From: Torpedo marmorata
Taxonomy: Eukaryota
Direction: 5' to 3'
Assembly (NCBI GenBank): GCA_977017645.1
Contig: OZ360232.1
Coordinates: forward strand, 77,562,001-77,626,000
DNA length: 64,000 bases
The position numbers and the translations under genes were made by a program. A model generated the notes under the pieces. The model was given only the letters and a program-made list of their open reading frames with translations, searched no databases and was not told the DNA's origin. Positions 1-11,156 of this stretch are shown here, in pieces; the stretch's first letter is position 1, and every line of letters begins with the position of its first letter.

Positions 1-189
1 CGGCAGCGCCACCATGTTGATTTATTGTCCTGCTTCAACTTGTTGCTAAGGTGCAGGAAAGTGACGGTCAAACACAGAGCCTGCAGGACGAGCAGGGAGG
101 TGAGCAAACAAACGAGTCTGCGGCCGGTCATCGGGCTTTTGCTACTTCCCATTGCTGGACAGAGCTTGCAGCCGCCTATTTCGTCGCGA

Positions 190-1327
190 CTGATACATAT
201 GCAGGACAAGTTTTCATATATACAAATAAATAAATAAATATTGCTTCGTAAATATGAGTCTCTCGGATGGTTAGTGTGAGCAGTTCCTTTGGTTATTCAG
301 CATGCTCTCTGCCGTGGGAAGAAGCTGTTCCTCAGCCTGGCAATGCTGGCTCTGATACTCTTGCATCTCTTTGCCAATAGGAGCAGCTGAAAGATGCTGT
401 GTGCAGGGTGGAAGGGGTCCTCAATAATTTTGCACACCCTCTTCACACAACGATCCTGATAGATCACGTCGATGGGAGAGTTGGGGGGAGGAGGGGGTGA
501 GACCCCACTGATCCTCTCTGCCACTCATACGGTCCTGTGGATTGACCTCCGATCCATTTCTCTGCAGCAACCGTACCACACTGTGAAGCAGCCGGCCAGG
601 ATCATCTCGATGGAGCTCCTGTAGAAGGTTGACATAATGGTGGCCGGTAGCCTTGCCTGCTTCTGTCTTCTCAGCAAATGCAGTCACTGTTGCACCTTCC
701 TGACAAGTGAGGAGATGTTGTGTGTCCACGATAGGTCACCAATTAAGTCAGCTCCAAGGACCTTGGTGCTTCCACTCTCTCCATTACAGAGTTATTGATG
801 TGTAGTGGAGGTTGGTTGTTCCTGGTCCTCCTGAAGTCCACGATCATCTCCTTCATCTTGTCCCTGTTGAGACTCAGGTTGTTACTCTCGCACCATATCA
901 GGAGATTTTCTACCTGTTTGGGCGGCACGGTTGGCGTAGCGGTTAGCGCAACACATTTACAGCACCAGCGATCGGGACCTGGGTTCGAATCCCACGCTGT
1001 CTGTAAGGAGTTTGTACGTGTCTTCCCATGTCTGCGTGGATTTTCCCCGGGGGCTCCGGTTTCCTCCCACCGTTTGAAACGTACAGGGGGTGTAGGTTAA
1101 TTGAGTGCAAATTGGGCGGCACGGACTTGTGGGCCGAAATGGCCTGTTACCATGCTGTATTTTAAAAATTTAAATTTAAATTTTCTCTGTAGTGCGACTC
1201 ATCGTTGTTGCTGATGAGGCCAACTACTGTTGTGTCATCTGCAAACTTGATGACACTGTTGGAGCTGATCTGGCAATGCAGTCGTGGGTCAGTAGCATGA
1301 ACAGGAGCTGGCTGAGCACACAGCCCT
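190..1327 (-). mobile_element. Rex1/Babar-clade LINE 3' fragment (degenerate RT C-terminus and 3'UTR), split by a SINE
   Basis: ORF pieces [20 protein letters not shown] and IIEDPFHPAHSIFQLL..RLRNSFFP; KFADDT-encoding sequence near 1225-1250; frameshifted. Confidence 0.85.
920..1180 (+). mobile_element. tRNA-derived V-SINE (HE1-like)
   Basis: A-box TAGCGGTTAG, B-box GGTTCGAATCC, V-domain-like tgtctgcgtgg..ctccggtttcctcccac, (TTTAAA)n tail; four more copies in the window. Confidence 0.85.
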
Positions 1328-2162
1328 AAAGGTTATCAATATGAGTTGAACTAATTGCCAAGATAATGCCTGACCCTACTGCAGCATTTTTTTAAAATTC
1401 AGCCTACATTACTTTGCTTTTGTAAAATCAGAGTAAGGATGGACTTTGTCTTCAGAAGGACTGTGCAGTGGTTACTTCTTCCAATGGACAGATCCATCTT
1501 GCATGGATAGAGAGGCAAGAAAGAGATCAAGTATGTTTTTGTTTGCTACCTGCCACAGACAGACTGGCAGTCATGTCCTTCAGAACTTGGCCAGCTTGAT
1601 CAGTGTTGGTGCTACAAATTTGTAAGTGATGGGCACTGAAAAAGAGGACAGAGTGTTTGTAGTGAGGGTGTGTTTCTCTCAAATGTTGTTCAGTATGGAG
1701 GTGCACTGAATCATTGGCTGAGGAAGGCAGGTGGTAATCAGAAGACTTTATGCCATGAGATATCTGGAGCCTGGAATTAATGTTGAAGACTTCAAATGTT
1801 ACTCCCTTCCTCATGGATACCACTGTGTTGCTACTTCTGCCAGTCAAAAGAAATATATCCAGGGAATGTGCTGAAAGAGTCATGTACATAGTGTTCTCAT
1901 AGAATCATACCTGACTGGTAATGTCAGACCATTAGTTCACTAATCTGTGGCTCAGCTCTCCCAATATAGCTAACAAATGTTTGTGATAACGTTGATTGAG
2001 CTTGGGGAGACTTTGCCAGAACTGAAATAAATGCCAGGTGGTCCCTCTTGTTTGAATGCAGTGATAATATTGCAGAGTGGTTTATGAGGCCACTTCAGTA
2101 GGCAATTAAATCAACTACGTTAGATGCGTCTGGAATCATATGTCGACAAAACAAATCAGTTA

Positions 2163-2502
2163 CAGTATATACACATGTGAAAGTCGACCCCCTGTTTTTG
2201 ACCAAAAAATATGGTATTTTCCATATATTGCTTGTAAAAGTTGACCCCCCTTATTTTTGGCCTTGGCCACCCGCCCATCCGAGCTCCCGACGCCCCGACC
2301 ATAGACTCTTGCCCCGGCTGCCCGCCCATCCGAGCTCCCGACACTTCGAACATGGACTTAGCACCCAGTCCCAGCCGCCCATCCAAGCTCCTGACGCCTT
2401 GGACAGCACAGGTACTTACTGCAGTAAAAGTAGTATGTGTGTAATAATCGACCCCTAAATTTTACCCAAAAATATTGGTCCACAAAATTTGACGTATATA
2501 CA
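2163..2502. mobile_element. Non-autonomous Tc1/pogo-type MITE (degenerate)
   Basis: TA-flanked ends cagtatatac..gtatatacag, repeated aagtcgaccc subterminal motif, three internal ccgcccatcc(g/a)agctcc repeats. Confidence 0.5.
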
Positions 2503-3289
2503 GTAGGTTTTAAGCGACAGTCCAGTAGTTTTCAAAATTATCATCACTAAGACCAGTTGTTTTTTTTTTTCCTACTCCCATATTATTGACCAAATTTAAA
2601 TTTCACAACTGCCAAGGTATGATTTGGACTTGTGTCCCTGGATTGTTAATCGAGAACTGTAGAATATGCGTCTGGCAATTTAACCACCACACTGTCATGG
2701 CACTCCATCTCAATGACTGAAGTTGATGTGATCTTGGCTCTCGAGTGGAAGCAACATGGACTGAACCGTTTTTCATTAGCCTTGAAGATTATCTCTTCTA
2801 CAGTGGGTAACTTATTGAGGTAAAGTGCAGCATTACAGTGAAAAAGAGAATATGGGCTGGGCAGTGACACAGCCCTACTTGACATCAGTACATATTGTTA
2901 AAAGATATGTTGTCATCCTTTTGGTTAACATTACAACTTGCATGGAATCATTAAGCAGTTGAAGATGGGGCACATTTCTGCATACAGCCACATTTGGTCT
3001 ATAGTTCCTCTCAACTGATGGAGACTAACAAGTCAAAAATGCCATTGCCACCTGAAAAATCCTACTAATTTTGCTGAACTTTTAAAACTTGAGAGGAAAT
3101 TTAGTGACAATTGCAACATCATTTCCCATAACTGGAGAGAAAGACATTTGAAGGGACCTGTAGTCATGTCCATCTTCAAGAAGAAAATCCAGTGTTTTCC
3201 AAAAGAAGTGTCTCCCTCTTTTCTGACCCAAAAGGTAATTGCCAGGATCTCCTCAGCATCCTCCTTCCATTGGCCAAAAAGCTACTCTT

Positions 3290-3830
3290 AAGTTCAAGTT
3301 TATTATCATGTGACTGTACATATACAAACAGACAAAACAGTGTTTCTCCAGACCACAATACACACACATTCACAAACAATATACAGCATATAATAATTAC
3401 ATATATACAAAAAGATATACCGATAATTGAAAAGAACTATCTACAAATATTTGGGAATGCTTTACTCAGTTACAGATTTTGATGTTCCTCTACCTCCTTC
3501 TTGATGGTAGTAGGTCAAAGATACTGTGTGCTTGATGGAAAGGATCCTCAATAATTCTTTGACCCCGATTTAAGCAACAATCTCATTGAATGTCATCAAT
3601 AGAGAAAAGGGAGACCCCAGTGATCTTTTTGGCCGTTTTGATGATCCTCTGTATTGACTTCCGATCTCTGCAGCTACCATACCAGACAATGATGCAGCCA
3701 TGACTTTCTCCAGCATTTTGTGTTTTTACTTCAGCCACGGTATCTACAGATTTTTGTGATTTACTAATGATGCAGCCATATAGGACACTCTCAATTATGC
3801 TCCTGTAAAAAGTTGTCAAGATGGGGTGAG
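3290..3830 (-). mobile_element. Rex1/Babar LINE 3' fragment containing a short Penelope-tail insert (~3700-3765)
   Basis: TTFYRSIIESVLYGCI..VWYGSC..IQRIIKTAKKITG; tail aagttcaagtttatt; insert ctccagcattttgtgtttttac matches the PLE 3' ends at ~26530 and ~29970. Confidence 0.7.
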
Positions 3831-4890
3831 CTCCAGAGTCCTTGTTTTTTCTGTGGCAATGAGCATTTTTGACTTCTTGATAGTTGAGAGTAGAGTTAAG
3901 ACTGGATCAGACAATTTGCTGTAGAATAAAGTTGAGATTGCTCATATGAAGACTTGAATCACAACTGAGGACATCTTGGTGTTCCTTCCAGTGGCCACTG
4001 ATTATCTCAGTTATCAGCAAGTTACTGAACCTCTAACCCTCTTTACTCACACCATCTATTCTTTAGATCACCAGTTTTCCATCTGAACGACATTCATGGG
4101 CCTGTTTCTTTTTTCTTTCCGTGAGATAGTTTCATGTCCAAGAACACCTTGAATTTGTGCAGCTCCTGGTCATTCTCATCAAGCTATGTGTTTTGTTGGA
4201 GGAGTCAAATGCCTCTTTATAGCTGGTAATTATAGTGACTTAAGGGCAATAAAGATGCTATGGACTTTCTGCACCTTTTGTTGACTTAAGGTTAGTCAGG
4301 TTCTCTGAAAGGGTTTCATAAAAGGCCTATTGTTGCAGTGTCACTTCAATGCTGATTTTCTTACTGCAATGTTTCTGTTTTGATTTGGGACTAGGCTAAT
4401 TGAGGCAGCAGAATGGATTAGAAAACAGCCATTGCGATAGTCATTAGCACTTGTCCTGGAAGAGTGACATTCATGGTGTTTCTCGCAGATGAAATACCGG
4501 TAGTTTGCCAGTGCCTGAAATGAGGATGTTCCTTGAAACCTGGTTCTTGGCTCTGTCAAACCAGGGAGTTATTCATGACAAGACTGTGCTTCAAGCATTT
4601 TGACAGAAGATGGATTCTGATGAAATTACTTTTTCCTACTCCCTTTTTTTTGCTGCTACTTCACACCCTTCCAGAGGCAAACAATAAGAGACAATTTAAT
4701 ACCATACTAAAGTTTCCTTATGACAGAATCAACCTCAGTAGACTATCTGTGGAAGAGATATTTTGCTTCGTGCCAGCATGTACATATACAAAGAGTATGC
4801 TTACGTAAATCTGCCTTACTCGTTATTTTGAAATAGGTTCAGAAAATTGTTGCTGAAGACCTGTTTTCTAAAAACATTTAGAAGACTCAC

Positions 4891-4943
4891 CAAGGCTTTA
4901 GGAGAATCCTTTTCTTTCTTTATAATTGTTGGCACATCTGCAG
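4891..4943 (-). CDS. Putative internal exon of the unidentified host gene (xADVPTIIKKEKDSPKAL)
   Basis: Acceptor tttcattgtag, strong donor GTGAGT, phase 1 to 0, unique AT-rich context. Confidence 0.5.
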
Positions 4944-5796
4944 CTACAATGAAACATGGAAAGGAATATTTTAACACAAACAGTATTTAAAATTTGGCAT
5001 GGTAAATATCTATTTACAGAACTTGTAAATAATAGAATGCAAGCAATATAATCACAGTATCTTAATTTTTTTTTCAATCAAAATATCGCATGATTTTGTT
5101 TGCTATGTTATCTTTTAATAATTTGATTTGCATTGTTTCAACAATATTTTGGGTTTCAATGTATACTCTTGCCAAAGATTTGTTTCGAACCTTTACTACA
5201 AACTACATGGATGATATACATCTGACTTTTAACATACTCTGGAAATAACCTTATAGTCTTCTCACTTTAATTTCAATAGTGAGTTTGAGGAAACTCATGC
5301 ATTATCTTAAAATGAACGAGTTGAAATATCAATGGAATATGAGTCATTTAAATATAGTAATTGGAAACTCAATTTTCCAGAAGAAGAGGCCAAACACAAG
5401 TAGTAAGATAACCCCAAGTTAAACTAAGAAGTTGGTGTGTTACAACCAGCTTCTGAAATTGCTGGCATATTCACTAAATTTCATAACATAACAAACAACT
5501 TGTACTTCAATACTGAAGTATGCCCCATTGGTTGCATGTCATTTACTGAAAGTTCATGCATAGAAAGAAAAGGTAAATCTTTATGACTATGTCCTTATGG
5601 TTCCTATTATGCACATTTTGGAACAAAAAAGTTAATTTTCCACCCCATGTTGGGGATGAGCAAGAATTAAACAAGTTCAGTTCCATTGTTATCATAATTA
5701 TATTCTAACAGTCTTGATTCATTGCAGTTAAAAGCTGTTTTAACAAAGTGCCACTATACTGTTATCAAAGTTTGTTTTATCAGATTTTAAAGGCAG

Positions 5797-6419
5797 TATA
5801 AGTAACGGTGACTTCGCTCCACCAATAGTCACCTGGAGGCTAAGTGTGGTCCTTGCTTTTGACGCGTTTTATTTTATTTACTGACAAAGTCCAATATGTT
5901 CAGAGATTTTTATTTTCACACATGACTTGCAGTAATCTTCAATGACTTTAATATAAACAGTTCTTGTAAACGATGTATGATAAGTTCCTTTAAATTATTC
6001 TTTAAACAATTCCAAAACGATATGAAAACACTGTAGATGATGTTAAAGTTATAAAAACATTATAACTCGATATAAAACGGTCAATAAAGATGTGGAGACC
6101 AGACTCACCCTCCATACATCTTTTCCTTTCCTGTTCTCTCTCTCTTTAATGGCTCTGCGCATCCTACCCCGCGCATACTACAACTCCCAGCCTCCCACGC
6201 GCACAATGACGTCGCTCCATACTGCGCATGCGCCCGTCGGCACTCCCGCGCATGCGCATATCAAAGAACGGGCTGATAGCGGCCCGCAGACAACGCGAGC
6301 GCTCCGAACGGGCCGAGGACGGCCCAGCAACATCCACAACAATTACGCGGCGCTCCAAGGCCCGACAAGACATCGGAGCGCCGCAACAACGGTAAGTAAA
6401 CGAGCCTACGGCTCTTACA
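5797..6419 (-). repeat. 3' LTR of the BEL/Pao element
   Basis: Direct repeat of 11157-11779; element-sense ends TGTAAG...CTTATA; AATAAA near the U5 end. Confidence 0.95.
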
Positions 6420-6432
6420 CCGGCCCCTAATT
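6420..6432 (-). other. Polypurine tract of the BEL element (AATTAGGGGCCGG)
   Basis: Abuts the TG of the 3' LTR; resembles vertebrate BEL PPTs. Confidence 0.75.
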
Positions 6433-6623
6433 ATTATAATTAGACGTAATGTCTTGAATAATAATTACACTATAAATTATAAATAACAATAACCATAATA
6501 TTCAAAACAATACAAATCTTCTTTCTTCCTTCTTCATAAATCTAGAGTTTACCATAACTCTGATTAAACAAAAGTCTGTAACCTGTGAAATGTACAACAA
6601 CAAATAAAGTCAGTTCACATTTA

Positions 6624-6807
6624 TCAAAGTTCCTCTGTCTCCAACAAAAGGCAGACCTTATTAATAGGTCTGTTTAGAAAAAACCAGTCTTAGGTTTAAT
6701 TCACATTTGACGCACAAGTCCTCTTTGTCTTGAAAAGTCTCAATAATCTTTTCCAAGTAACCAGGAATTTCTTGAAGTTGAACCATCCATAACAATCACA
6801 ATGTCTC
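6624..6807 (-). pseudogene. Frameshifted remnant of the BEL integrase C-terminus (DUF5641-like)
   Basis: Manual translation across frameshifts: DIVIVMDGSTSRNSWLLGK / IIETFQDK / GLVRQ / RPINKVCLLLETEEL*. Confidence 0.8.
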
Positions 6808-6844
6808 TTTAAAGTTCTTTTATCTTCAAATCTGAGTTAAAATG

Positions 6845-9800
6845 TCAATCAGTAAACCTCAAATCTTCTTCAGACAAAATAGATACAGTTTTTCTTTTGA
6901 ATTTAACACAAGGCACTTCTTCAGCACGTCGTTTCACTTTATTCCTTTCTTCAGTGTTCCACTTCTCATGTGAAGAATTTAAACTCTTAGAATTAGAATT
7001 TGAATATTTATCTGATTCTTTCGATTTTAAACAGGTCTGTTTAACCACTCTGGTTTCTATGGCTCTTTCCTGCAATTCTAAATCCAATTTCGCAACTTTC
7101 AATTCAGTCTCAGCTCCTTCCGAGAAATTAATAATTTGATCTGAAGTCAAAATATCATGCGATACATTGATAGTTCCATTGTCAATCCTGTTGCGGCATA
7201 CTTGAAATTTTTTAATTTCTTCGTCTTGCTTGATACATTTCTGCAATGCAATTTCACATTCTTTCTGCATTGTTAATTGTTGAACATTCAATTTACATTC
7301 TTGATTGGTTTTAAAAGTTAACTGTTTTGTGTTATTAACCAATAACTTGATCTCTTTCAAAACATTAATCTCTTCTTCCAACCTTTTACATTTTGATAAT
7401 GCTGAATCTCTTTCCTCAATAACTGTATTCATTTCTTCAACAGTTATTCTTTTCTTCCGCTTTCTGACTTTGCGAGTTTTACTTACAATTAAATCTTTCT
7501 GTTTACTGTTTTCTTGCTTATTTAATATTTCCAATTCTCCTTTCAACATTTTGTTCTCTGAATCATTATTCTTTATTCCATCAGCACAATTTTCTGTGTT
7601 TTCCAGTTTTACATCACATTGTAATATTTCTTCATTAGCTTTGTCAATTGTAATCTCTGAACTACAAAATCTACATTCAGATTTGTTTTCAGTCACTTGT
7701 TTTATTCCTGTATCTGATTCAATTACACATGAATGATCAATAGTATTATTTGCAACATCTTCTAATACTTCACTTTCATTCATTTTTGACGAAATTAATT
7801 TCTTCAATGTTGTTTTAAATACCACTGATTTATTTTCACATTGATCTGTTTTCTTTTCTTCAAAAGTGATTTTCTTATTCACGGTTTTTTGCTCTTCGCT
7901 TAACTCTTCAACTTTCTCAACCGAAATTTTATTAATATTTATCGCTACCTGTTCCTGAGCAATATCATTATTTCTTTCCATTGGTCCATTGATTGCCCAA
8001 CCAAGTATGGTTCTAATAGCGTAAGGTCCATTCCTTTTACTTTCTATTACTTCTTTTGGTACCAAAACCTTTGGCACATCTGAACCAATCAGCATTTCTA
8101 TTTCAGAATTAATTTCAGGTAAATAAACCTTCCACAGATAAGCTAAATGATGGATATCACTTTGATGAGGAATATTTCCTTCGTTCACAGGCATAGTCTT
8201 CTGAGTATATACACTTGGAAGATCACAAAACCTTTTGTCATCTAATCCAGCAACCTCTAAGCCTGAAACAATGTTAGTTTCAACAACCTTTTCTTGTCCC
8301 ATGGTTTTTAACATAATTCTTGATTTTCTTCCTTGAATATTAAGTTTATTCATTAGTCCTTCCGTGCAAAAAGATGCAGTGCTGCCTGGGTCTAGAAATG
8401 CATATGTTTTTACTATTGCATCCCCTTTCTTGGCTTTGACTTGTACAGGCACTATTGAAAGTTTGCAGTTATCCACACCGGCCCCAGTAAGACCACTTGT
8501 CTGAACCGAGGTTATAACATTATTTTCTGTTGTTTCCTTTGTTTCTGTTTGCTCCTTTTCCAATTCCTTGTTTCTGTTATGGATATGCAAAATTCTAGGA
8601 TGTTTCAAATTGCATATGTTACAATTAATTCGCTTCTCGCAGTTTTTACTGATGTGCCCTTTACACAAACAGCTAAAACATATCCCATTTTCCTTTAAGA
8701 AAGCGATCTTTTCCTTATGTTCCTTCTTTTCCAATCGTAAACACATTTCTAAAGTATGTCCACCTTTACAGAACAAACAACTCTTTTTATCAGAACTTTC
8801 CTTTTCCTTATTTATAACTGACACATTAGTAGCAAACGTACTCCTTTTCATTTTCGGGCTATACTGTGTATTAGACTTCCTTACATCTTTGCCCATTGAA
8901 TTATCTCTGGTTTTTCCATATAGTGGATCTGTTTCAACGTACACCCGTCGTTCAAGAAAATTTACTAAATCCTTTAAGGTAGTTTTTCGACCGTAATCTA
9001 CTTGTAAATCACAAGCCAAATCTCTCCATCTATCCCATAACTTGTAAGGTAATTTTTCTAAGATGATTCTCATATTACTATGCACTTCAAGTTCACGAAT
9101 ATTATCAATTTTTTCCATAGCATTACAACATCCTCTTAAAAACAAAGTATATTCTTGCAAAGCCTTTACATCATTTTGTTTTATTGATGTCCATTTAAGA
9201 GCTTTATCCATATAAGCTAAAGCAATTCGATGTTTGTTGCCAAAATATTGTTCCAATAAAGCCTTAGCTTTGTCTAATCCTCTTCCTGAAGACATTTGGT
9301 TACAACTTTTTACCAGTTCTTTTGGATGTCCCTTTGTGAACATTTCCAAATAATAAAGACATTCATCACGATCTTGGCATTTATCTTCAATATTGCGTTT
9401 GAAAGATCTCATAAATGATTGATATTGAAGTGGATCACCATCAAAAGTTTGTATCTCTTTCTTGGGTAAAGAAGAGAGAGACTGTAACTGAAACAATGAT
9501 GCAGCAATTTCATTTTGTCTTTCCTTGGATTTCAATACATTACTCTGTTCACTGTCTCGTGTTGTATGCAATGTATCTGGAAACCTTACTGGTGTAGTTT
9601 CTTCCATATTTCTGATGCTTGGCTCATATAACAAAGAATTTACTTCGTTCGACCGGACCCAAGCCGCAGCTTTGCTTTCAGATGTTACTAATGGTACATG
9701 TGACTCGATACCAATATGCTCGTGAAAGGTTTGTCCTTGTATATGTAAGTTTTGTATCCTTGGTTCTAAAATATCTATCCTTTTGGTTGATTTCTTTTCC

Positions 9801-10711
9801 TGTGACTCCTTTTTTAAATATGACCTTTTATTATTAGACAATTTAGATGATTTACTGCTAGCACCAGATACCATTGAGCCTTCTATTGCTTTCTTTTCTG
9901 CCTTGGCAATAGCAATGTTTGCTTCCAGTTCCTGCTGTTCTTTTCTCTGCTTTAGCTGCTCCTTCTCTTGTCTTAGCTGCTCCTTTAGCTGCTTCTCATT
10001 TTGTCTTAGCTGCTCCTTTAGCTGCTCCTCATTTTGTCTTAGCTGCTCCTCCTCTTGTCTTAGCTGCTCCTTTAGCTGCTCCTTTAGCTGCTCCTCCTTT
10101 CGTCTTAGCTGCTCCTCCTTTTGTCTTAGCTGCTCCTTTAGCTGCTTCTCATTTTGTCTTAGCTGCTCCTTTAGCTGCTCCTCATTTTGTCTTAGCTGCT
10201 CCTCCTCTTGTTCTAATATAAATTTATCCTTAAGCGTTTTTTGTTGTGCAAGAAGAGCGGCCAATTTAACATCAACCTTTGTACGTGACGATGCAGAACT
10301 TGAAGTACGAGAAACTCTGGAGCTTGAACCAGAACTTTTTTTGCTTCTCCTGCTTTCAGCATTTGAGACACTGTCACTTGCTTGTATTTCGTCCTGCAGT
10401 TCACATGTTGTCTTCATACTTACCTCTTTATCCAATTCAAATTGTTCATCATTTGTTGACACAATTTCAGCCATTTCCAAGTTATCTTCTTGTTCAACTA
10501 ATGAAGCTGCTTCTTCTTCCTTTGCCTGCTTCAATCTTTCAATAAGAACCTTTTTATTTCCACTTATGTCCTTATTCAGTCGCTTCAATTCTTCTTTAAT
10601 ATCCGCAACCTTCATGTCTTCAATACGTTGGTCCTCAACAGCAACATCAGCGGTTGCTGCGTCAGCTGCTGATAAATCAGTAGCTGCTGTATCAGTGGCT
10701 GCTGCGGCCAT
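6845..10711 (-). CDS. Chimeric polyprotein: SAP domain - repeat coiled coil - BEL Gag (DUF1759-like, three Zn knuckles) - aspartic protease - MIPOL1-like coiled coil; no RT/RH/IN core
   Basis: Uninterrupted 1309-codon ORF; likely start aaaATGG at 10711 (1288 aa); FDGDPLQYQSF; CLFCKGGHTLEMC, CFSCLCKGHISKNC, CNICNLKHPRILH; AFLDPGSTASF..LIGSD..LGWAINGP; no YxDD motif. Confidence 0.9.
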   Translation of the reverse strand: MAAAATDTAATDLSAADAATADVAVEDQRIEDMKVADIKEELKRLNKDISGNKKVLIERLKQAKEEEAASLVEQEDNLEMAEIVSTNDEQFELDKEVSMKTTCELQDEIQASDSVSNAESRRSKKSSGSSSRVSRTSSSASSRTKVDVKLAALLAQQKTLKDKFILEQEEEQLRQNEEQLKEQLRQNEKQLKEQLRQKEEQLRRKEEQLKEQLKEQLRQEEEQLRQNEEQLKEQLRQNEKQLKEQLRQEKEQLKQRKEQQELEANIAIAKAEKKAIEGSMVSGASSKSSKLSNNKRSYLKKESQEKKSTKRIDILEPRIQNLHIQGQTFHEHIGIESHVPLVTSESKAAAWVRSNEVNSLLYEPSIRNMEETTPVRFPDTLHTTRDSEQSNVLKSKERQNEIAASLFQLQSLSSLPKKEIQTFDGDPLQYQSFMRSFKRNIEDKCQDRDECLYYLEMFTKGHPKELVKSCNQMSSGRGLDKAKALLEQYFGNKHRIALAYMDKALKWTSIKQNDVKALQEYTLFLRGCCNAMEKIDNIRELEVHSNMRIILEKLPYKLWDRWRDLACDLQVDYGRKTTLKDLVNFLERRVYVETDPLYGKTRDNSMGKDVRKSNTQYSPKMKRSTFATNVSVINKEKESSDKKSCLFCKGGHTLEMCLRLEKKEHKEKIAFLKENGICFSCLCKGHISKNCEKRINCNICNLKHPRILHIHNRNKELEKEQTETKETTENNVITSVQTSGLTGAGVDNCKLSIVPVQVKAKKGDAIVKTYAFLDPGSTASFCTEGLMNKLNIQGRKSRIMLKTMGQEKVVETNIVSGLEVAGLDDKRFCDLPSVYTQKTMPVNEGNIPHQSDIHHLAYLWKVYLPEINSEIEMLIGSDVPKVLVPKEVIESKRNGPYAIRTILGWAINGPMERNNDIAQEQVAININKISVEKVEELSEEQKTVNKKITFEEKKTDQCENKSVVFKTTLKKLISSKMNESEVLEDVANNTIDHSCVIESDTGIKQVTENKSECRFCSSEITIDKANEEILQCDVKLENTENCADGIKNNDSENKMLKGELEILNKQENSKQKDLIVSKTRKVRKRKKRITVEEMNTVIEERDSALSKCKRLEEEINVLKEIKLLVNNTKQLTFKTNQECKLNVQQLTMQKECEIALQKCIKQDEEIKKFQVCRNRIDNGTINVSHDILTSDQIINFSEGAETELKVAKLDLELQERAIETRVVKQTCLKSKESDKYSNSNSKSLNSSHEKWNTEERNKVKRRAEEVPCVKFKRKTVSILSEEDLRFTD
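9950..10210 (-). repeat. Coding minisatellite of 12/21-bp units (EQLK / EQLRQxE)
   Basis: Repeated ttagctgctcc units; frame preserved throughout. Confidence 0.9.
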
Positions 10712-11156
10712 TTTACTCGTCTTGTTCCTCTTTCCTTCAAGCATACACAACACTAGCCAAACAACAGTCCCCAATGGACCAGCGGCAGCAATTCCAATCT
10801 GTGTTCTTACTTGTTAAAGATACACAGAAGGAGTCCACAGACTTATGCCTACCACTTCAAATGACTGTAATGTGCTGCAATCCACAAACGAGTTTCAACC
10901 ACAACATCCGTCACTAATATCACTGATTTTCCAAAAAATAGTTTTTCCAACGTATTTATAGGACACTTTACTATAAGATTTGAAGCTTTAAATCCCTCTC
11001 TGGCTGTTATTCATGGCAGATGGAAGTGGATTACAAACTGCCCCCAACTCGAGGCATCTCCAAAATGGCCACCAATTTATATCAGTCCAAAGCACAGAGA
11101 GTTTTCTATCTTCTTTCCTTCAAACTTCTGTTCCAAACAGCCAGCCCTTTATTGAC

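Noticed and set aside
920-1000. tRNA gene
   Set aside because: tRNA-like head of a SINE followed by V-domain and tail; multiple diverged copies
1400-4800. ORFs 1527-1889, 2646-2885 and 4341-4559 as host exons
   Set aside because: No convincing splice-phase fit; LNKLPTVEEIIFKA hints at a very old RTE-like LINE, too decayed to annotate
6092-6430. Duplicated 112/113-aa ORF (also 11452-11793)
   Set aside because: Lies inside the LTRs, GTG start, GC-rich; the duplication is explained by the LTRs
9950-10210. Possible CRISPR-like array
   Set aside because: No unique spacers; coding minisatellite in eukaryotic DNA
6845-10774. Domesticated single-copy host gene
   Set aside because: Identical LTRs and an intact TSD show a recent transposition, not an old fixed exaptation
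9783-10817. 344-aa Ser/Cys-rich plus-strand ORF
   Set aside because: Antisense shadow of the Glu/Gln/Lys-rich repeat in the BEL ORF
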